Below are positions 48,011-64,000 of a stretch of 64,000 bases of DNA, one piece after another (the first letter of the stretch is position 1; the number at the start of each line of letters is the position of its first letter). Made by a program: the position numbers and the translations under genes. The stretch is from the human T2T-CHM13v2.0 reference genome, Homo sapiens. The stretch lies in the NCBI RefSeq assembly GCF_009914755.1, contig NC_060937.1. One strand, given 5' to 3'. The notes beneath the pieces are model-generated. The model saw nothing but the letters and a program-made list of their open reading frames with translations, did no database searches and was not told the DNA's origin.

Positions 48011-48789
48011 AATGGCATTACTGTTGTTTTTGTTTCCCTCTCCGTGACCCTCACCCTCACTGCTGCCTGCCAGGCCAGGTAGTGGTTGTGAGGGAGGAGG
48101 ATCTGGGAGAAGACCTGACCGATGACAGAAATAGCCTCATTGGGAATCAACTGCACTTCATCTGCACGTCCCGATGGTCCTATCAGTTGCTAATAATCAA
48201 AAGCCAAAAGCCTTTCACTGTGTACTTAATGGAATCTTCTGTAAAACCCTTTCCATGTACCTGAACACTACCTGGGTCACTGCTACAGGCTGTGAAAGAA
48301 CTTTACAAGCCCAGCTATGTGCAGAGAAAGGGACCCTTTAAATATTTTTTAGTCCATACATGCTAGCCTGTTATCTTTCCTCAAAGCAATCCATTCTCAC
48401 CAACATATAGGAAAGAACTGAGTCCCAAATTCATTCTTATGACCATGTAATTTTTCTCTATGGAAATATTACTCAGCTCCTTCATGGGGGTGGGGGAGGG
48501 GAATGGGATGTTTCTACCCGTTTCATTGCACTTGCTATCTTTCTTGATAGATGAGTACCTAAATGAAAGTACTCACCTATTATCAATAGGGCACATGTAT
48601 TGAGCTAATGGTCTAATAGAAGAGATGGATTTTTGCTGCTATCCTCTCTCCTTTGTGATCAACACATGTATGTAGAGAAAGCTCTGAGGCTCTTTATTCT
48701 AAGCAAGTGTGGTGAACAGTAACACCTGCCACTTGGGCTTAGGGAGGCATCAAGAAACAGAAAATCAGACAGACATGATTTGCATAATG

Positions 48790-48945
48790 GTTCCAGAATT
48801 TAGGGTTTGATTTTGGGCAAGCTACTTAACCTCTCTGAGTCTCATCTAGAAAATAAGGACGAAGCTATGTTCCTCACTGGCTTCAGGTAAGAATCCCTAA
48901 AGTGCTGTGTTTAAATCGGGGCCCATGATAAATGGTCTTAGTATC
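48790..48945 (+). mobile_element. MIR SINE
   Basis: ttgggcaagctacttaacctctctgagtctcatct. Confidence 0.75.
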
Positions 48946-50439
48946 TGTTGGGCTCACTCCACTTTCCCTTCTTTCCCTTTAGTCACCATATGCATTGTGG
49001 GAGCTAAAGGCAGCACTTCAGTTCTGATGCTTTGTGTGACCACAGGCCAGAACCCAAGAAAAAACAGAACATGATTATTGGTGGCTATAATCAAGAATGA
49101 AAGGATCCCTTATTCTAGAAGTTTGCAGTGTCAGATGGAGCTCACTGATTCAGACTGACAGCTACAACTGGGCAAACCAGCCCGAGACAAACAACAAATG
49201 TATTAATTAGTAAATGTAATGAATAAAGAAATGGTGCAAGAGTTTTTGGTGTGGTTGTGTGACGAATGACCCGTGCATGGCAGGTCCAGACAGGATGGGT
49301 TTTGGGGGTGGGGGGAGGAGAGAACCATCATCCTGGTCCAGTTTACTGGGAAAGGCTCTGTGAGAGAAGCGTGATTTTAGAATTATTTGAATATTGGTAG
49401 GAGGGGGCTTCTGGAGTGAAGCGGGTGTTCCAGGTAGAGGGTGTGGCCTGAGACACATTTCAAGGGACAGTCAGAGTAGAAGGAAGCAAACGCCCATCCA
49501 CACATGATATTATTCAAAATCACTAGTGAAGGAGCAAATCACAGATGGGGTCTGTGATTTTCTGAAAAGTTGGCAAATTGAGTCTTTCAGAAATGCACAA
49601 ATATGTTTCCTCTAACATGGGTATCAGTTCAGTTTAGGGCCCAGACTTAGAGTGAGGTGCAGGGGGCTTGGAGCCCTTCTGAAGGGGACCAGCAGTTGAG
49701 GCCTCCATGAGGAAAAGATAAAAGGATGGGGCTAGTTTACTGGGGACGGCACATGGTGTAGGAGAGACCTGGTGCCTTCTCATTTTCTTAATGATGGCTC
49801 TGGAAAACATGTAGTTGCTGCTTCTACTCCTGTGAATGGCAGAGTGGTAGAAAGGACTTCAGCTTCAGCAGAAGAATATAGAAGAGACAAGGAAAAATCA
49901 GTGTCTCATATGACATGCAACAAAAGCACAGTTTAATCAGAGGCCCACAAAATTACAATCCTAGGAGTTCTTTCCAGACAGGAGAAACCCGCTCTGTCTT
50001 CATGCCTCATTTGTTCATAATTCCTCAGTTTATGACATTCAATAAATGGACATTTACAAGATCCAAAGTCATAATACAGACTATAACCTTAGCATACTCA
50101 ACACCCAAGGATTTGCCATGATATATTGTTCAGGTCCCATCAAGCTTAAAGTTTCAGGAAACCAGCTCCCTCCTCCTGGAATTTTCTACTGGATTTCCCA
50201 TAGACTCTGCTGCAGTTCTGCTCTCTGTTCCGCTCAGACAGATCTTTGCCTTTCTGCAAACCAGCAATTGCCTTCCAAGGGGGCTCACACAAACTGCAAC
50301 TGAGCTGCTGGAGAGATATTCCCCTGTCACAGAATGTGGAGGAGGGAGATTGGAGGTGGAGGGTTTCTGCAGCAGCTAGGAGCAAACATATTCACACTCA
50401 TAATTTTTGGGGGTCAATTCTTAAAATAGATTATATAGA

Positions 50440-50942
50440 TGTTATGGCAGAGACTGCTCTGTGTTCACCAAATCCTGTCTCTTCTTCCTCCCAGCATACA
50501 GTGAGTCGACATTTTTCAGTTTATCTTGCAGCCAGTTGGAGCTGTATGATGAATCCTGGGGAATTAGGAACGATGTGTGCTGCTTCCAAGCCTGGCCCTT
50601 AAAAAAACTCCTGCAAGATCCTCCATGTTCTCTCTCTTTCTTTCTTTGACTACTGGCCAGATCCAGAAGATCTAGTGAAGGACAATAAGCCCTTGGGGAC
50701 AGCAGACCCGACCATCTGGGTCTGGTCAGCAGCTAAGGGAAAAAAGAGGACTATAAAGCCCTAGGCGACAGAAGAGCCTCTTGCTGGAAGGAGACTGAGT
50801 CCTGAGTACGTGCATGGAACATCCCTTCCCCCACCGATTCACATGGGACTACGGTAAGAGAAAAATAAACTTTGATTGTGTTGGGCCACTGAGATGTAGG
50901 AGGCTGTTTGTTACAGTACTTGGTCTACCCTGGCTAATGCAC
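50440..50942 (+). mobile_element. MLT1I/J-like MaLR LTR
   Basis: ggcagagactgct..., tgcttccaagcctggccc, gagaaaaataaactttgattgtgttgggccactgagat, ctaccctggctaatgca. Confidence 0.75.
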
Positions 50943-52298
50943 ATGGAGATTAGAGAGTGCCTCTGGTCTGGGCTCTATACACCAGTCTGTGTTAAAATGG
51001 GTGCCTCAGGGGAAGGCCTGGCCAAGCAGCCTGAGCTATGAGGCCAGAAATGATTAATGGAAATAAATAGATGTTTAAAGAAATTAGGGGTAGCATCAGG
51101 TGAAAAAGTAAGGTAATACCTCAAAATCTATTCCATGCCAAGAGAATTCAATTTGTAAATAATATTATTTTCAACAAATGGTGCTAGGGCAACTGAATAT
51201 CCACATGCAAAAGAATAAAGTTGGATCTTTCCCTTACACTGTACACAAAAGTTCCCCCAAATATATCACAGACCTAAATTTAAGGGCTAAAGCTACAAAA
51301 CTCCTAGAAGAAAACAGGAGTAAGTCTTTGTGGACTTGGGTTAGGCAAAGCCTTCTTAGATACATAATGCCAAAAGCACAACAACAACAAAAATAAATTG
51401 GACTTCCATCAAAATTAAAAACCTTTGTGATTCAAAGGACACAATCAAGAAAGTGAAGACAAGCCACACAGTGGGAGAGAATAATTACAAATCATGTATT
51501 TCATAAGCAACTTGAATCCAGAAGTGTTACAACTCAACAATAAAAAAGACAACTCGATTTAAAAATGAGCAAATAATTGGAATGAAAATTTCTCCGAAGA
51601 AGATATACAAATGGCCAATAAGCCCACGAAAAGATGCTCAACATTACTAGTCACTAAGAAAATACAAATAAAAGTCACAGTGAGATACCATCTCACACCC
51701 ACTAGGATGCCTAAAATAAAGAAATCAGATAGCAAGTATTGGTGAGGGTGTAGAGAGATTGGAACTCTTGTACATTGCTGGTGGAAATGTAAAATGGTGC
51801 AGCCTCTTTGGAAAATATTTTGCAGTTCCTCAAATAGTAAACACAGAGTTAGCATATTACCCCCACAATTTCACTCCTCGGTAGGTGAATACTCAACATA
51901 AATGAAAACTTATGCCCACATAAAATCTTGTACACGAATACTCATAGCAGCATTTATTTATAATAGTCAAAAAGTGGAAACAATCCAAATATCCATCAAC
52001 TGATGAAAGGATAAAAAAAGGTAGTATATCCAACCAAGGGAATATTATGCAGCAATAAGAAGGAATGAAGTATGTACTGACAAATGCTGCAACATGGATG
52101 AACCTTGAAAACATTATATTATGTCTAAGAAGTGGGTCAGAAAAAGCCATCTATTGTATGGTGCCATTTACATTAAATGTCCAGATAGACAAATCTCTGG
52201 AGACCAAAAGAAGACTAGTGGTTGCCTCATTCTTGGAGGGGAGAGGAGAGGGAAGACTAAGGGGAAATGGAGAGTGATGGCTAATGTGCACAGGGTTT

Positions 52299-53168
<870 letters not shown>

Positions 53169-53530
53169 TGAGCACGTTCTAAAATTGATTGTGGTGTCAG
53201 CTGCACAACTTTGTGAATATACTAAAAATCATTGTACACTTTATATGAGTGAATTATATGGTCTGTGAATTATATATTAATAAAGCTGTTAACACTCTCT
53301 TCTGAATTATTTTCTATTTCATTACATAATGAAATATTTCCAACCACAGAATGTCATAATGCCCCAATACACAACAATTGTGCTGCAAATGAAGGGCCAA
53401 TATTATGGTCCAGCACACATTGCTCAGGATAGCTGTCCTCAGAGGCCACCAAGCTGGACTGCCCACAGCACCCCAAGGCCCATGAAAACTTAAGTAAATC
53501 TATTCCTAAGAAACTTCTGAGGGTCTTTTG

Positions 53531-53868
53531 CAGTGATGTGCTAGTGAATGTTTAACAGCTGACTCTGGTGGGGGTGGAAAAACATGAGGCCACTAAGCAT
53601 AGGGTTGAGGAAGAGATGGGTGGTAACATTCCACCTATAATATTTACACCATACAGATTTAACAGACATAAGTAACCTCAAAAGCATACCAAATAGTAAA
53701 ACATGTAATAATTATGAGTTTTGAGCATTTATCACTTTTATTTTTAATATAATTTATTTAATTGTAAGTTTGTATAATTTTTAGTAACAGATGTGTTTAT
53801 CAGCCGCTTGGTAAATTTCCTGAAAACTTAATGATTGGCTCTCGTGAGCTGGTCTCCAGCGACCACTG
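53531..53868. mobile_element. MER63-like hAT DNA transposon
   Basis: cagtgatgtgctagtgaatgtttaaca...aaatttcctgaaaacttaatgattggctctcgtgagctgg...ccactg inverted termini. Confidence 0.7.
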
Positions 53869-56111
53869 GGCCTCTTAAGTTTATTTCAGTCTGTGGCTGG
53901 TTACAGGAAGAGAAGGAACAAATGAGCAAAGTTTCTCTCTCTTCTTACACTCCCATGTCAAGCATGCCTTTCCCTTGAATCAACAGAACTCCCCTGCCTC
54001 CCTAATCCAGAATCAGGTAATTCCCGGAAGACGGTAAATTCATTGGGAGTTTCCTTTTCCTTCTTATTTAAAAGAAATTTCTGGCTTTATGGTTCTACTC
54101 ACCATATTCACCTTCATCCCCTAATACTCTGCCCCATCCCAGGTCCATGCCCAAGTAAAAATAACAAGGGAACAAGAAGAGAGCAGGCAGGGGCTCCAGC
54201 TCATTTAATACCTTCTGTATATTCTTCAGAAGGATGATGCTCAGGTCTCTTCAGTTCACAATCAATACATTTTGAAGTCACAAGTAATTTGGCTTGAATC
54301 TATCACCTCCCCACCCAGAGTCAAGTGAACCATGAATGGCAATTCCGTGTAAAAGGTCTGCAGACATTTTCAGGTTGTTGGCCCTAAAAGCTTGAGGTAA
54401 TATGTTTAGAACAAAATTCAGGCTTGTTTTGTTTGTCTCTTTGGTTTGTCAAAACAAATTGAACCTTTTAGTACAGAGCGAGGGCTGCTCATGGCCTCCT
54501 AAGAAGACAAGGGTACAGAGGCCTCTCCCTTCTTCTCCTAGTGAGCTGGTGCCCATCCCGGGCCCCCCAGGGAGGATGAAGCAGTCCTACCTCAATGCCC
54601 CCACAGCTCTTTGTTTACTTTTCCATTACTGCACTCAGTCAATAAATACTGAGAACCCAGTATGTGCTAGGTAGCTAGATATACAGTCATGAAATGAATA
54701 AGTGTCTGTCCCCAGGGGCCCTAGAAGTCTACTGGGAGAACTCATCACTTTGACTTCTGGCTCCTCATGTACCTCATATACAGGTTTAAGTCTGCTACGT
54801 GAGGAGTCCGTACCACACACCATGATGGGTTTCTAGAGCACTATCGTGGGTACTCAGAAAAGTTTGTTGAATGAATGAAATGGATCTATAGGGGAGGCTA
54901 TTCCATGGGCCCAAGTCTCTGAAAGCTCTTAATGAAAGATCTACCCTAAAGGCACCTGAAAGTCTTTAATCTTCCAGAATCCAGCCAGAAATATCCCAAC
55001 TGAAATCTTCCCCATGACTTACTCACGTATCCTTAAGCCACAGATTGACTTCATAGCCACAGATCCGTGAATTAATACGTAAATCAGTAACTTAAGAGCA
55101 GCTTAAATTTCTGGGTCAGAGACACCCTGAAGAGAGAGCAAAATGATTGTTTAAAAGACATTTTAAGATTCCTGGAGGCTGCAGGAAGAAGGAGACTTCT
55201 GGGAGGGGGTCTATTTTCAACCAGCCATTGCATAAGAACTTAAGAAAAGGGTTTTTTGTTGTTGTTGTTAATTGAAAGAAAAAATGGGAACCAAAGAACA
55301 GATAGGTATTTTCCAAACCCTTTCAGCCATGCCTATGTATCATCCGCATCACTGTGAATATATGGGACCCAAAATCAAACACCCGCCAAGAGATGCATAA
55401 ACACTCAGAGCCCATGTACACACTTACACATGTGCAGTCACCAATGACCTGGAGGACCACAGGGGTCTTTTGATTCTAACAAATGAGCTCTGGAAAAGAG
55501 AAAAGTATTTCATAGGCAACACTGAATAGCAATTTTACAGGCATAGTTAGTATAAACCCACTGGACTTTTATTAATTAGGTTCATTCTCTCATAACATTT
55601 AAAATGATCTCCTTGATGTCTGATTTTGCACAAATCAAATGGGACCTGCCTATTTTGGAGCATAGGTTATCTGATGTAGTGAATGCCTCTTTTTGTCTAT
55701 AGAGAAATATTCCGGAAAGGTCGTTGTATATGTCCTGTCCAAAGTAGCTTTAAATCAAATAGGAAAAACAATTAGAAAACAAAAATCTATCCACATAATG
55801 CATCACATGACTCTACGAACCACTAGATGTCTATAGCAATAGTAACTGCTTCACTTGTACAAGGAAGTACTATCTTCATGGTCATTCAAGAGATGGAGCT
55901 TTAGGTACTGCAGCTCTGCATCCATGGGATCACAGAATGAGTTAGAAGGCATCTTACAGGTCTCTTTTAGAGATAGGAGGGCTTAGAATTAGAGGAGAGT
56001 TGAATATAGGGGACACTTCAAAAAGTAAGCAAGGAAACTGAGTATTGTATAGGCACGGAAACTGAGGCCTGCAAAGATTTTGATACTCATATGGGGTCCA
56101 TCAGCATCCTT

Positions 56112-56139
56112 AATTAAATTAAATTAAATTAAATTAAAT
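56112..56139. repeat. (TAAAT)n simple repeat
   Basis: taattaaattaaattaaattaaattaaa. Confidence 0.85.
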
Positions 56140-56144
56140 AGGTG

Positions 56145-56780
56145 TTTGCCTTTGCAAATCTACTCTCCATCTTTCTTCTGCTGTTTGTTCTAGGAGGCTG
56201 ATCTGCATGGGCTACGTCAGTGGTTCTCAAAGTGTGGTCCCCACTTGTTAACTTGTTAAAATGTTAACTTGTTAAAAATGCAAATTTTCAGGCCTCACCA
56301 GAACCTACTGAATCAGAAACAGTGTGGTGGGGTCCAGCAATCTGTGTTGTACCAGGCCTTCCAGGGAGTGCTGATGTTAGAGAGCCCTGGACAACATCAG
56401 ACAGGCCGCTTAGCCACGGGTTTCCCTTTCGGCCTTGGCAGGTGAGGAACACTGGCAGGAGGTCCCAGATAGGAGTGAGTTCAGAGTTGTTTTTTTCCCA
56501 GGTTCGTTCCCTGTGGGATTGTCTAGGACTGGCTGCAGCAGGGCACCAATGTCACTGTACTTCTGAAGGCAGCCACTGAGCAACGTGGCCCCTTCCTTCC
56601 AGAGCCAGTACTCACTCCCTCTCCTCACCCTGTAGGTCTGGGGATGGTAACAGTCCCAGTTACTTGCTCCAGTACACTGCTCTCTTCCTCATGGTTCCCC
56701 TACACTCCACTCACATCTTTGTAAAGTGTCCCTATATTTAGCCCTCCTCTAATCCTAATTTTGATGTGCCATCTGGGATA
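56145..56780 (+). mobile_element. Old ERVL-type LTR interrupted by MER5A
   Basis: ggaggctgatctgcatgggctac|...|ggcaggtgaggaacactggcaggag, ctttgtaaagtgtccctatatt, tgatgtgccatctg. Confidence 0.55.
56218..56389. mobile_element. MER5A hAT-Charlie element
   Basis: cagtggttctcaaagtgtggtccc...aaatgcaaattttcaggcc...acctactgaatcagaaac; degenerate 8-bp TSD ggctacgt/gacaacat. Confidence 0.88.
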
Positions 56781-57189
56781 TTCACCTGGTTCACATCCAG
56801 ATAGAAAGTTGCTTGTCTGGGTCATGGGAATGGAGCATGGCGTGGCCCCACAAGACTTTTCTCAGATGGGATAAGAATCTGTCTTATCCCAAATGGCACT
56901 GGGATATTCCTAAGTACCATATTTATAGCAAAAACTCATAAAACATATTGATAACAAATATGACCATGACATTTATTGGGTCATTCCCAAGACAAAATGT
57001 ATTTCTCCCCATAGATGGCCTATCTTGAGTTTATTTTTTTCTTCCTCTCCCCTCTCATTGGTAGGTACCACGTGGCAAAAAACTTGGCTTGCCCTGGCTC
57101 GAGACCCTCCCCAAGAGCCCTGATTGGTCTTTATTTCCTAAACCCTTGGCTCACAGACTCTTTTCTCTTAAATCTACCCTGCTTCTTCT

Positions 57190-57945
57190 TGTTTTTTATA
57201 TTGTGATAAAATACACATAATCTAAAATTTACTACCTTGATTATCTTTAAGTGTACAGCTCAGTAGCATTAAGTACATTCACATTGTTGTGTTATCATCC
57301 ACCACCATCCTCCCACAGAACTCTTTTCCTCTTGTAAAACTGAAACTCTGTATCCATTAAACAGCTCCTCACTTCCCCTCCCTAATCCCAGGCCCTGGGA
57401 ACCACCATTCTACTTTCTGTCTCTATAAATTTGATGACTAAGTACCTCGATATGAGTGGAATCTACTGTATTTATCTTTTGGTAACTGGCTAATTTAACT
57501 TAGCATCATATTCTCAAGGTTCATCCATGTGGTAGCACATGTCAAAATTTCCTTGTAAGGTTAAATAATGTTTCATTGCATGTATGTATCACATTTTGTT
57601 TATCCATTCACTATTGATGGGCACTTGGGTTGGTTGCTTCCACGTTTCCGCTATTATGAATAATGCTACTATGAATATGAGTGTACAAACATCTCCTTGA
57701 GATTCTGCTTTCAATTCTTTGGGGTATACACCTAGAAGCAGAATTGCTGGATCATATGGTAGCTCTATTTTCAATTTTTCGAGGAACTGTCATACTGTTT
57801 CCTATAGTGGCTGCATCATTTTACATTCCCACCAACAGTGCACACGAGTTCCAATTGCTCCACATCCTCACCAACATGTTAATTATTTTTTATAGTAGCC
57901 AGCCTAATGAGTGTGAAATGGTATCTCACTGTGGTTCTGTTTTTA
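57190..57945 (-). mobile_element. L1MA/L1MB-like LINE 3' fragment
   Basis: taagtgtacagctcagtagcattaagtacattcacattgttgtg; ORF2 peptide [21 protein letters not shown]. Confidence 0.9.
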
Positions 57946-59964
57946 TAAATCTGCCAGGTTATAATGCTATTTCCTCCACCTAGAATGTAATCCCTCTATG
58001 CCTATTAAATATCTTGCCAGTTGAAATCAATCTCCTCCAGCTTCCTATTATCTTAACATGTTGTACTCTTATTTTAACACCTACCACCCCCTCCCTTATG
58101 CTCTCAATGGTTTTCTTTTCTTTTTTTTTCATTTGCCTGTCTGCTCAATTTGGATGCAAGTTTGAGGACAGATGTCTTGGATTGTTCATCTTTATATCTC
58201 CCAGTGTGTTTAGCCCAAGGCATTACAAACTGCAGGCTCTAAAATCCCAACTGACTTGAAATACTGAAGGCCATCCACTTAGTGGAAAACCCAAAACCAG
58301 ACCCAGGTTTTGGGCCTCGCTCTTAGTTCAATACTTTTTCTGCTGGTGAGGGACATTAGAACCACATTAAAAATAAACATGTGTCATGTCTGAAAAAGAG
58401 ATGTGACTTCCTGACATTGATTACTCATTTTCAATTTCTTCCTTAACGTATTCACACACACACACAAACACCAACATTGTGCTTTCAAGCCCACAAAGTT
58501 CATGCTGTGGTCCACGAAGATCAGAGTAACGGGCTTTCTGGCAATCAGCTCTGAATTGGTGCCACATCCTGCACTAATGGCCCTGCCTTTAGACCAGATG
58601 GAGGCAGATGTTTTGTAGTTTTCCTCATTGTCGCTTGCCCTGGTGTGTTTTGTTTTCATCCTGATGTGTTTCAGTGCGCTTCCCCTCCTTTGAGGAATTA
58701 ATGCGCATGTATTTTCTATCCTGATAAAGATATCTGTGTTCTCGCAGAAAATTCAGAAGCTAAATTAAAGGGCAGGAAGTCGATCTAGCCTGGTGTTACA
58801 GTCTTTGGCGATACTGTAAGGAACTGGCCCAAGCATCTTCCATTCATCCCCCATTTTCCTTTAATCTGGAGAATGGGTTCATTCACTGTTTTGCATTCAT
58901 GTCAACTCTTCACGGTTTTATCCACAGGGCTTTCCCAGAGATTAGGATTCAGCCCCTGATCCAGCGGCCAACATCCTGCTGACAAGACTGCCGTAAGCGC
59001 CAAGGACCACTCAGATCTTCAAGAAAGCAGCTCTTCTTATCACATCAGGGAAGAGGCCTCTGTTTGGCAGTAAAGCACCAAGTGGGTTGTGGTGAGATCA
59101 CAGGATAAAGGCTACTTCCTGTCTTCAGTCTCTTTGATTTCTTTAAAGACTCTCCAGAGGGAAGTAGATAGAGATGGGAAAGCCCACATTCTTCCTTTTA
59201 AAGGACTTCTCAGGGAACTCACTGCTCTTAGCCACTGTCCGGGTTTGAGTTAGTCATCTTACTGTTAGTTCCATACACCCTTTGAATAGGCCTGTGATCG
59301 TGTTAGAGGTCACATGGACAACCTAAAGAACTTGCATTCAACCGTTTCCTTCCTAATTGACATTGCTGGGCCTCAGTGGCAGGGCCATGTGTCAACAGCC
59401 AAAACATCTCCATTGTGTTTTTACTTGTAAGTTAATGAATCAATGGCTGTTGATTTTGGAGGCATATCTCGATCCCTTAGGTGGGTGCTTCTGCCCTCCC
59501 AGCCACCCTACTTTCCTGTCAGTGCTTGTCCCGGTGGGAATACCACACAGCTCATCTCATCTGTGTCTTGGAGAGATAGGGCATGACAGGGATTTTCCAG
59601 GACTGTGCTGCCATTTTCCATGAAAACATCCAGGCGTTCCCTTGTTAGGCATTACTTCCTTTTATCACCGGGCTCCCTCCTAGTCAGGGGTACTTTTCTC
59701 AGTCAATTTCAAGCCTCAAGGTCATAGATTCCTTGATAAAGACTTCCCTCTCATTGTAGCTGCTTCTTGCCCTCATTCCTGAGGACTAGACCCCAAGCCA
59801 GAAGACAAACACTGGGGGCAGCTGCCATCATTTGATTTAAAAATACACTGAAGTGGGAGTCCAATCTGAGATTTAAGGTTTATTCTCTGTACCTTCATTC
59901 ACTGGCGTGTCCATACCACGATAATAAGACCATCCCATGGGACAAGAAGAGGAGGGAGGCAATT

Positions 59965-60185
59965 ACGGAACAGGGTTTAACGGTAAAGACTTTAGAATCA
60001 CACTGCCCAGGCTCCTTACTTGTCTCTGCCATTGTTTGTGTGACCTCAGGCAAGTCTAAAAGTCAGTTTGTTCATCTGTAAAATGGAGATATCTCATTTA
60101 ATCTCCACAACAATCATGTAAAGCTAATTCCGCTAAAACATTTAGTGAAGTATTAGGCACAGAGTAAGTAGAGGATGTTGTTTTT
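59965..60185 (+). mobile_element. MIR SINE
   Basis: gactttagaatca, tgtgtgacctcaggcaagt, ttcatctgtaaaatggagat, ggcacagagtaagt. Confidence 0.8.
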
Positions 60186-60589
60186 ATCTCATATTAAGTC
60201 ATTAGTCATCTGAAAGAGTGCATATATATAACCTGGTATGGTTATAAGAAGTCATTTCCAGAGCCTTCTTCCATAGTCAGCTTTGACCACTGGAGCATCA
60301 AGCAGTACCCGTCAGGTTTATTCTCAAGCCCCCAAGTGTTTGCTATTCTTGTTTTATAAATCCCGTTCCTCTGTTGCCCAAATCTACCTTTGTCCAGAGG
60401 CTCCCTGTCTACCCCATTCAGAATCTGATGGGTGAAACTACATCAGTGGGGAAGCTATTGTAAGATGTGAATTAATTCAGTTAGAGCATACGCTGGCCCC
60501 AGTGTGAGTCATTAGGGGCAAAACCTTGAGCCAGGCAGACATGGTCTCTGACCTCAAGGAGCTTACAGTTTGGATTAGAGAGTAATATA

Positions 60590-60760
60590 GTTCCCTCTGC
60601 TTCAGCCACAACAGCTTCTTTACCGTCTCCTGAATATGTCAAGCACATTTCTGCCCCAGAGCTTTCGCAGTGGCTGCTTCCACACTTGAACATTACCCTC
60701 CCACACACCTTCACGACGTGTTCCCTCCATTCCTTCAAATCTCTAATCAAATGTTCTCTT
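60590..60760 (+). mobile_element. L2 relic
   Basis: ccctctgcttcagccaca, gccccagagctttcgcagtggctg, tccttcaaatctctaatcaaatgt. Confidence 0.65.
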
Positions 60761-61765
60761 GTTGTCATTTGTGGGATCTCCATGTGATGAGCCCCTGGTC
60801 AGCTGCAACAGTGTTCTGGCTAAGTCACCTCTGAGGCTACACCTGTGTCTGCATCATCCTTCCTCCCCCATACTTCACAAATGTCTCCTTGGCCATTGAA
60901 ACCACCTCCACAATCTTCCTGTCTTCCCTGGAATCTCTTCAGCAAGAAAGGTGATTTCCCTGTGACCCCACCCTGACTAAGTATGTTCCACCCACAATGC
61001 ATTCCCTCAAATACACCTTCCTTGTGGCTTGCACCAAGTGAATTGTCTGCTCTTTGCCCTTGGTTCCTCCGCATGTCTGTGGGCTGATTTATCAGTATGC
61101 TTCCAGAGGTCAAGAACTATCTGTTTATTTATACAAGTATCATTACGAGGTAAATGCATAAATAAGCCAAACGAGAAAACACAGATAAACTAAGCGCTTA
61201 TCCCAGAGAAGTGACAATGGAGAGTAGTTACTGGTAGTAAAGGACAGATTGTTTTCAATAATGCAGTTTTTCTTTGAGAAGTAGTGTGTGAATGTGGTAT
61301 TCAAGGTGAATCCTCTCCCCAGCCACATGTATCCCCATTTGTAGGTGGCCACTGTTGCCTGTTGCATGTGCTTTTTTTTTTCCAGAGGTTTTATAACCAG
61401 CTTAAGTAGGGGTTTCACTATGGAAGACAAATTACTACAATCATGTGGTACTACAGTCACATGTGGAAATGACTCTCTTTCCTTCTCTCCTCATCCCAGC
61501 CAATGCCTTTCTTCACTTTCCCACTGAGTTACTTCAATCCAAAGGAAAAAATAAATCAACGTAACAAAAAGAGTTTAAATGAATGTACACTCCCCACTAT
61601 AGACAACTTTATAAGGAATTGCACTTAGCTGAGAATAACAGGGTCCTCCTAGCTGCTGAGATGTTAACCTGAAGCCAATTCCTCTATGATGTAATTTCTT
61701 CACTAATGTAAAGGTATATGGAATTATAATATTGGATATAATTACGTATTTTAAAGTGTATTATA

Positions 61766-62074
<309 letters not shown>

Positions 62075-62183
62075 CTATTATAGAAAAAAATCCATCTACA
62101 CTAGACACCAGTAAAAATGTATATATATATAATATATATATGTATACTTATATATAAAGTATATGTATATTTTAAGGTGGTAG

Positions 62184-62491
<308 letters not shown>

Positions 62492-62731
62492 TAAATTTTG
62501 TTTTTTTGTATTTTTACAATGAAAAATATAGAATATACTTAACAATTTATGATATTTTGTTTGATTTAATTTATCTGGCTCTCACTCTGCATGTGTATTT
62601 AAATATTGATTATACTGCATTGAGGAAAGAAAAGTAATAAACTCTTGGATTCAAATATATTCAGCAAATGAAATCCATTCCCTTCCTGTCTATATATTTA
62701 TTTCTTGGGAGCACAGAGAGTACCATACAAA

Positions 62732-62910
62732 GTGGTGATTCTCTTGCTTGCCTGAATACTGGGATCACCTGGAGAACTTTAGAAAAAGACTAATGTTTAA
62801 GTCCCAAGAGCAGAGATTTTGATGTAGTTGCTCTGCAGTGTGGCCTGGTTTGGGACTTTTTAAAGCCTCCCAAGTAATTGTAATTTGCATTGAAGGTCGA
62901 AAACCTCTGA
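62732..62910. mobile_element. MER5B-like DNA transposon relic
   Basis: gatcacctggagaacttt, cagagattttgatgtagttgctctg, ttttaaagcctcccaagtaatt. Confidence 0.65.
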
Positions 62911-63174
62911 TTTAAAAAAGAAAACAGGAATGAACACCACTGAGAATTCATCAGAATAAAGCATCTAAGAGAGTAACTTTATAGATACAACCTACCTTGT
63001 TTTGCAGTTCAAGAACGAAAAATGCTCCAGAATTTAAATAACTTATTAAAAATAATAATGACTCCCGCTACTTCATACGTGCCTGGCAATTTTACATCTG
63101 TCATCTCTAATCATCATAAGGACACTGAAAGGTAAATAGCATGAGGCCCATCTTTTAAAATTAAATAGTTACAT

Positions 63175-64000
<826 letters not shown>

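Overview
This window is primate (human-like) nuclear DNA with no intact protein-coding gene, RNA gene or CRISPR array that I can support. It is repeat-rich: about 28 Alu elements or fragments, several L1 3' fragments (L1PA/L1MA/L1MB/L1MC/L1ME-like), many L2 and MIR relics, solo LTRs (THE1, MST, MLT1, MER34-like, LTR33-like) and hAT-type DNA-transposon relics (MER5, MER45, MER63-like). The one gene-derived feature is a disabled processed pseudogene of EIF4A1 (46107-47487, + strand). Almost all ORFs in the supplied track are chance or repeat-derived. I found no evidence of a new biological system. The most interesting signals are mutational fossils: two short non-tandem local duplications (one with a fold-back junction, inserted into an old L1), two micro-duplications with inverted templated spacers, a three-armed Alu, an Alu+L1 composite inside one target-site duplication (TSD), a 60-triplet interrupted GAA/TTC tract, and two closely spaced inverted Alu pairs. 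Repeat subfamily names come from recalled consensus motifs, and boundaries of old repeats are approximate; RepeatMasker/Dfam should confirm them.
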